Source: Candidatus Moraniibacteriota bacterium (GTDB taxonomy: Bacteria; Patescibacteriota; Minisyncoccia; Moranbacterales; UBA2206). Taken from it: DNA of 64,000 bases. Shown here one piece after another: positions 59,579 through 64,000 of this stretch. Under the pieces are notes generated by a model that made no database searches, was not told where the DNA came from, and saw only the letters and a list, made by a program, of their open reading frames with translations. The stretch lies in NCBI GenBank assembly GCA_026396175.1, contig JAPLXG010000006.1, forward strand, positions 2,895 to 66,894, read 5' to 3'. The position numbers were made by a program, and so were the translations under genes. Each line of letters starts with the position of its first letter. The stretch's first letter is position 1.

Positions 59579-60814
59579 ATGAAGCTAATTATTGACGAAC
59601 CATCAATAGTCCAAAATCCAACAATTCCGGTCAGATGGTGTCTTTCTGAAGAAGAAATTGAATTACTGCCAAGACGGAAAGGTGCAGACAACAACTTTGT
59701 TTTGCTAATAACCAAGTATGAAAATGGTAAGGAAGATAGGCGGTTAATCCCTTGCCGCGAAGTGATGACTTTCGTTACCTTTAATTGGCCAGGGAAAAAT
59801 TCACTCCATGCTCAGATCGTAGGAGCGGGAAATGTTCAAGAGATGAAAGAATATTTTTTAAGAAAAAACAATCGTTATCAATATGCAAACTACATATTTT
59901 TCAAGGAAGATGGTGGTCTGGGTGATATTCCATATTCAATTTATTCCATTCGGAGCGTGAGGTATGAAATTATTGTGTCGGCGGAATTCTTTGCCAAAAA
60001 GCCTCCTGCGTGGCTTGAGAGGTGGGTCAATTTCGGTTATGAATATCCTGCAGTTGACCAATGCCAATTGCGCAGAAGAATGATTCTTGCTTTCTCTCTT
60101 AAGCCAATCTTCATCGTCCTATGTTTGTTTGTGCGCTTTTTATGCGCTCTTGGTTGGATCGCGTTACTTATCCTTTTGGGAGTGAGAGAAATAGATTTTT
60201 CTGTTTCGATCCACCCATGGAGAACAGCGCTAAGAGATATTCATAAAAATTGTTCAGCTTATATCCAAGATCGTACTCGAATAAATCTGTGGTGGATCTG
60301 GGATTGTAATCAAAAAAGACGTTCGCGAGCATGGATCTTACTTGCACCGTTTATATTTATGAGTATCACGGTGGCGCTGGAAACCGTCAGGCGATATTTT
60401 GGAGTTACGGTTGATCAATATCCAACTTTTTTGGTCAAAACGAGCTGGGAGATTTTAAGCTTAAAAATGGTAATCGATGCTTTTATACTACTAGGTGTTA
60501 TTTTCGTATCGAGCCTTGCTGTTTTTATGGGCAGAGAGATTTATGAAAAAAATAAACCCAAGCTAAAAACATTAAAAACAATCAAACAAAAAGAAAAACA
60601 AAGAAAAGCAAAACAAAAGATGCTTTCAATGGAAGCGAGAGAACAGCGCCAGAAACAATTAATGGAAAAAGAATTTTTGGCAGCGTATAATCCAATTTCT
60701 TGTTCGGTGGCGCCAGAGAAGGCATCACTTGAAACATTGCCCCCACAATTAAAAACAATTCATTTGCGTTTTTTGGATATCAAAGCAAGGCTATGCAAGC
60801 CATTTGCCGGGTAA
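59579..60814 (+). CDS. hypothetical membrane protein
   Basis: RBS AAGGAGG; 3-4 TM segments; terminator near 60852-60887. Confidence 0.75.
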   Translation: MKLIIDEPSIVQNPTIPVRWCLSEEEIELLPRRKGADNNFVLLITKYENGKEDRRLIPCREVMTFVTFNWPGKNSLHAQIVGAGNVQEMKEYFLRKNNRYQYANYIFFKEDGGLGDIPYSIYSIRSVRYEIIVSAEFFAKKPPAWLERWVNFGYEYPAVDQCQLRRRMILAFSLKPIFIVLCLFVRFLCALGWIALLILLGVREIDFSVSIHPWRTALRDIHKNCSAYIQDRTRINLWWIWDCNQKRRSRAWILLAPFIFMSITVALETVRRYFGVTVDQYPTFLVKTSWEILSLKMVIDAFILLGVIFVSSLAVFMGREIYEKNKPKLKTLKTIKQKEKQRKAKQKMLSMEAREQRQKQLMEKEFLAAYNPISCSVAPEKASLETLPPQLKTIHLRFLDIKARLCKPFAG

Positions 60815-60929
60815 TTTTTAGTGGATACATTGGTATTGCGTACAGCCTAATAGCAGGAAGCTTTTAATAAGACCTTCCTGCTTTTTTATTTACAATAAAA
60901 AAACCAGTCAAAACGGGACTGGCACCGGG

Positions 60930-61430
60930 TTATTTCTCCTTTTTTGAATCACTTGCATAAGGACAGACGACACAAGAAAAAGAAAACTTGTTCTTGCTCG
61001 CAAAGATAATGCAATCTTCTAGAAATACGCAGGATGTATTTCTATGTGCACTTATCTCGCTAGCATATGGTGCGCGAGATAATTTCATCAAGATGTATTC
61101 GTTTCCTGATGCATCAATGCGGGTGTATCTTTTCAATAATTTAAGCACGTCCGCTCGTTGCTCATTTTCCAAATTTCCTACGCTTTTTTTCTGATTTGGA
61201 AATGAGGATGTTTTTTGGGGATTGGATTTTTGCAATTCCCAGTTGGTTATGCTCCAATGTAGCCAGACATTGAGGGTTACTTTGTAGGTTAATTTTATCC
61301 ATAACCTTAGGGCCAGGTCACTCTTTTCAAGTGCTATTCTTTCTGAATCGGTTAGCCAAATGCGTGGATTTCTTGTGTTAACTACCGCAATCTTCTGATT
61401 TTTCAAAAGATGGTTCTTGCTATAATCCAT
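60930..61430 (-). CDS. hypothetical protein
   Basis: RBS GGGGGTG; C-terminal Cys cluster. Confidence 0.55.
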   Translation of the reverse strand: MDYSKNHLLKNQKIAVVNTRNPRIWLTDSERIALEKSDLALRLWIKLTYKVTLNVWLHWSITNWELQKSNPQKTSSFPNQKKSVGNLENEQRADVLKLLKRYTRIDASGNEYILMKLSRAPYASEISAHRNTSCVFLEDCIIFASKNKFSFSCVVCPYASDSKKEK

Positions 61431-61461
61431 TTTTCATCACCCCCTTATTTTTTAGGAACTA

Positions 61462-62310
61462 TTATTTATTATCGCGAAAACTTTTTAATAGCTCAATATC
61501 TTTTTCTACCGCGTCATGCTCAGTTTCCAAAATCATATCAATATTATTCTTTTCGGCAAATGCGACAATATTTTGAAATGCAACTTTGCCAATTTTTCCA
61601 TCACCAATATGTTCATGGCGATCTCGCTTGGAATCAAAATCAGTCAAACTGTCGTTGGCGTGGATTAGTTTAATATTTTTTAGTCCCAATTCTTGATCAA
61701 TTCTTGTGATAGTTTTTTTGAAATCTCGCCAGTCATAGCCGGAAGCAAAAGAGTGCTGAGTGTCGAGGCAAATTCCGGCGATAGCGCTGTTGCCTACTCC
61801 ATCGATAATTGTTTTCAAGTCAAGAAGTGAGCTTCCGATGATTTCTCCGGCGCCGGCGCTGTTTTCCAAAAGTAGTTTAGTTTTTCCAGTATAATTTTCC
61901 AAAGTTTTTTGGAGCATCTCGATTACTTTTTGGATTGACTCGTCATGGGTCATGCCTTTGGCGGATCCAAGGTGGGTCATCACATATTTCGCGCCAATGA
62001 GACTTCCTCGTTCCAATTCGTCGCGGACGACACTGACTGAACCGTAGCGGATGCGATTTTCCAGGGAAGCGAAATTAATGTAGTAAGGCGTATGGATGTA
62101 GGTATCTAGTATTTGGTATCTAGTATTTAGTATTTTAAATTCACTGACAATTTCCTTTGTCAGTTCCGGTGCCTTTCCACCACGCGGTGAGCGAGTGAAA
62201 ATCTGCATTATTTCGCAACCTAAAACGCTTGCACGCTCAGGTGCATTTTGGATTCCGTGCCTACCGGCAGGCAAGCCGCCAGCGATTGAGATGTGAGCAC
62301 CGATGTTCAT
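61462..62310 (-). CDS. nfo: endonuclease IV
   Basis: IGAHISIAGG, H.PY.IN, LENSAG, DTQH.FA, DRHEHIG.G. Confidence 0.96.
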   Translation of the reverse strand: MNIGAHISIAGGLPAGRHGIQNAPERASVLGCEIMQIFTRSPRGGKAPELTKEIVSEFKILNTRYQILDTYIHTPYYINFASLENRIRYGSVSVVRDELERGSLIGAKYVMTHLGSAKGMTHDESIQKVIEMLQKTLENYTGKTKLLLENSAGAGEIIGSSLLDLKTIIDGVGNSAIAGICLDTQHSFASGYDWRDFKKTITRIDQELGLKNIKLIHANDSLTDFDSKRDRHEHIGDGKIGKVAFQNIVAFAEKNNIDMILETEHDAVEKDIELLKSFRDNK

Positions 62311-62525
62311 AATAGTAGGGGGTTACTTTTTGTTGCAGCTTTATTGTAACACAATAAATTAAATGGCGTAGCTTATCTGCTCAAATTTTTAATTTTTAAT
62401 TTTGTAATTTTTAAATAATGTTTAATTTTTTAATGACTAAGCGAAGATAACTGTTAATTCGGGTAATTTAAAAATTGAAACATTGAAAATTATTTGAAAA
62501 ATTAAAAATTATAAAATTAAAAATT

Positions 62526-63485
62526 CTACTCTATTTTCCACCCACTCTCCGTCTCAACAATCTTGCCTTTGATTTCAAAGCCGCTGGCGAGTTCGTGGCC
62601 GCCTCCGCCAAATTGAGCGGCGAGGGTGGAGACGTTGACGCCTTTGTATTTTTCACTGCGCAGGCTTCCCTTGATGATTCCGTCGCCACGTTCAGAAAGC
62701 ACGAGGGAAAATTTTGTGCCGGGGACGGTGTTGAGAATGGTGGCGACTTGGGCGATGTCTTCGGTGGTGGCGCCGAATTCTGTCATATCGGCCTTGGTGA
62801 TGACTGAAGTAATCATGCCATTTTCTTGATTGATGCGGGCGCGTTCAAAAGCGCGACCCCACAGTTTCAAGGTGGAAATCTTTTTGCTATTAAAGGTAGC
62901 GTTAATGATCTTTGCCATTGGCGCGCCTTTTTTCATCAGCTCGGAAATAATTTCCAAAACATGCGAAGTGGTGTTGGAATGCTGCAGGACGCCCGTGTCG
63001 GCGATGATGCCGAGCATGAGATAGGTGGATATTTCTCTAGTGATTTTAATCTCATTGGCCACAAAAAAATTATAGACCATTTCGCAGACAGAAGAATAGC
63101 TTGAGTCGACAATCATAATATCACACTGGATCGTGATGTCGGGGTGGTGATCAATTATAGCGGTGACCTGGTCTGGGCTTATGCGGGGGAGAATTTTTTC
63201 AAAACCGCGCTCAACACTATCAGTTGCAATAATTAATTTATATTTAGCCAGATCGAGGTTATCAGGATGAATAAAAGTAGCCGAGGAGAGCGTGGCAAGA
63301 TAATCCGGCAGTGAGTCAAAGCAGGCGATGTCAACATTTTTCCCCAGAGAGTCAAGATATTCTTTCAACGCCAAAGCAGAACCGACAGTGTCTCCGTCGG
63401 GTCTTCCGTGCGCGAAAAGCAAAATATCCCGCGAGCCACGGATTGCGTAATTTAGTGTATGAAATTCTTTGGCGAATTTGAGCAT
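62526..63485 (-). CDS. nrnA: DHH/DHHA1 oligoribonuclease (NrnA-like)
   Basis: H..PDGD, IDHH, DTG, SLRS, GGGGH. Confidence 0.92.
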   Translation of the reverse strand: MLKFAKEFHTLNYAIRGSRDILLFAHGRPDGDTVGSALALKEYLDSLGKNVDIACFDSLPDYLATLSSATFIHPDNLDLAKYKLIIATDSVERGFEKILPRISPDQVTAIIDHHPDITIQCDIMIVDSSYSSVCEMVYNFFVANEIKITREISTYLMLGIIADTGVLQHSNTTSHVLEIISELMKKGAPMAKIINATFNSKKISTLKLWGRAFERARINQENGMITSVITKADMTEFGATTEDIAQVATILNTVPGTKFSLVLSERGDGIIKGSLRSEKYKGVNVSTLAAQFGGGGHELASGFEIKGKIVETESGWKIE

Positions 63486-63635
63486 AAGAAAGCTAATTTT
63501 TAATTTCCAATTTTGTAATTTTATAAATAATTTTCTAATGCTCTAATTTCAAAAAGGTTTCCGTTTCGATTCAGAAAATTAAAAATTTTTGATTTATTTA
63601 AAAATTCAAAAATTACAAAATTATAAAATTTTTGA

Positions 63636-63968
63636 TTAAAGTTCTTTCAGCAGTTTTTCAATTTTGTCGGCTTCTTTTTCCGTGAAGTCGCTGCGGAATT
63701 CAATGCGCGGCAAGGGTTTGATGCGAAGTTTCTTATTAAGACTTAGTTGGATATTATGGCGTTCTTTATCCAAAGTTTTCAATGCATAGGGAAACTCGCT
63801 TTCGGGAAAAACACTGACGAACACTCGAGTATAGCGGACATCAGGAGAAGTGTCAACCTTTGCGATTGTCACAAAAACCCCGCTCTTGAGTGAGAGGTCT
63901 TTGAGGATAATATCGTTGACATATTTTCTGATTAGCTCGTTGATTTTTGGAATACGATTAGCAGGCAT
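63636..63968 (-). CDS. rbfA: ribosome-binding factor A
   Basis: R..KINE, VT..V..SPD, P.I.F..D. Confidence 0.9.
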   Translation of the reverse strand: MPANRIPKINELIRKYVNDIILKDLSLKSGVFVTIAKVDTSPDVRYTRVFVSVFPESEFPYALKTLDKERHNIQLSLNKKLRIKPLPRIEFRSDFTEKEADKIEKLLKEL

Positions 63969-64000
63969 ATTGGGCAAATTTGAAATTTAAAATTTGAAAT

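Noticed and set aside
1-64000. Alternative genetic code (TGA readthrough, code 25)
   Set aside because: Core genes are full length under code 11 and TGA ends genes normally (for example 40887 and 45159)
1-64000. rRNA, tmRNA, RNase P RNA, reverse transcriptase/DGR, full-length IS transposase
   Set aside because: No recognisable sequence or motif for any of these in the window

Overview
AT-rich bacterial chromosome segment, most likely Patescibacteria/CPR (Parcubacteria-like; inferred from gene content and style, not from a marker search). It carries housekeeping genes (rsmA, comM, lspA, pnp, rpsO, pcrA, a Xer-type recombinase, ftsH, tilS, gmk, rpsA, gyrA, cca, dxs, fhs, rarA, folD, rluD, rplS, PBP1A, UDG, nfo, nrnA, rbfA), 11 uninterrupted tRNAs, a tRNA-Phe split by a group I intron, and several tRNA fragments. 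The main signal is a dense set of small palindromic elements. One class starts with 5'-CYTG followed by a GC-rich hairpin and inserts precisely, with no target-site duplication beyond 0-1 nt, into tRNAs, parS sites, other repeats and (in frame) core proteins. In several cases the element carries or regenerates a copy of the thing it interrupts: an intact tRNA-Val(GAC) sits inside a split tRNA-Val(GAC), intact parS sites sit inside split parS sites (twice), and a tRNA-Gly 5' end is rebuilt by the element end. An O-antigen-ligase-family ORF contains 11 perfect parS palindromes, 4 split ones and 2 DnaA boxes. Coordinates were counted by eye and may be off by a few nt; no database searches were run.
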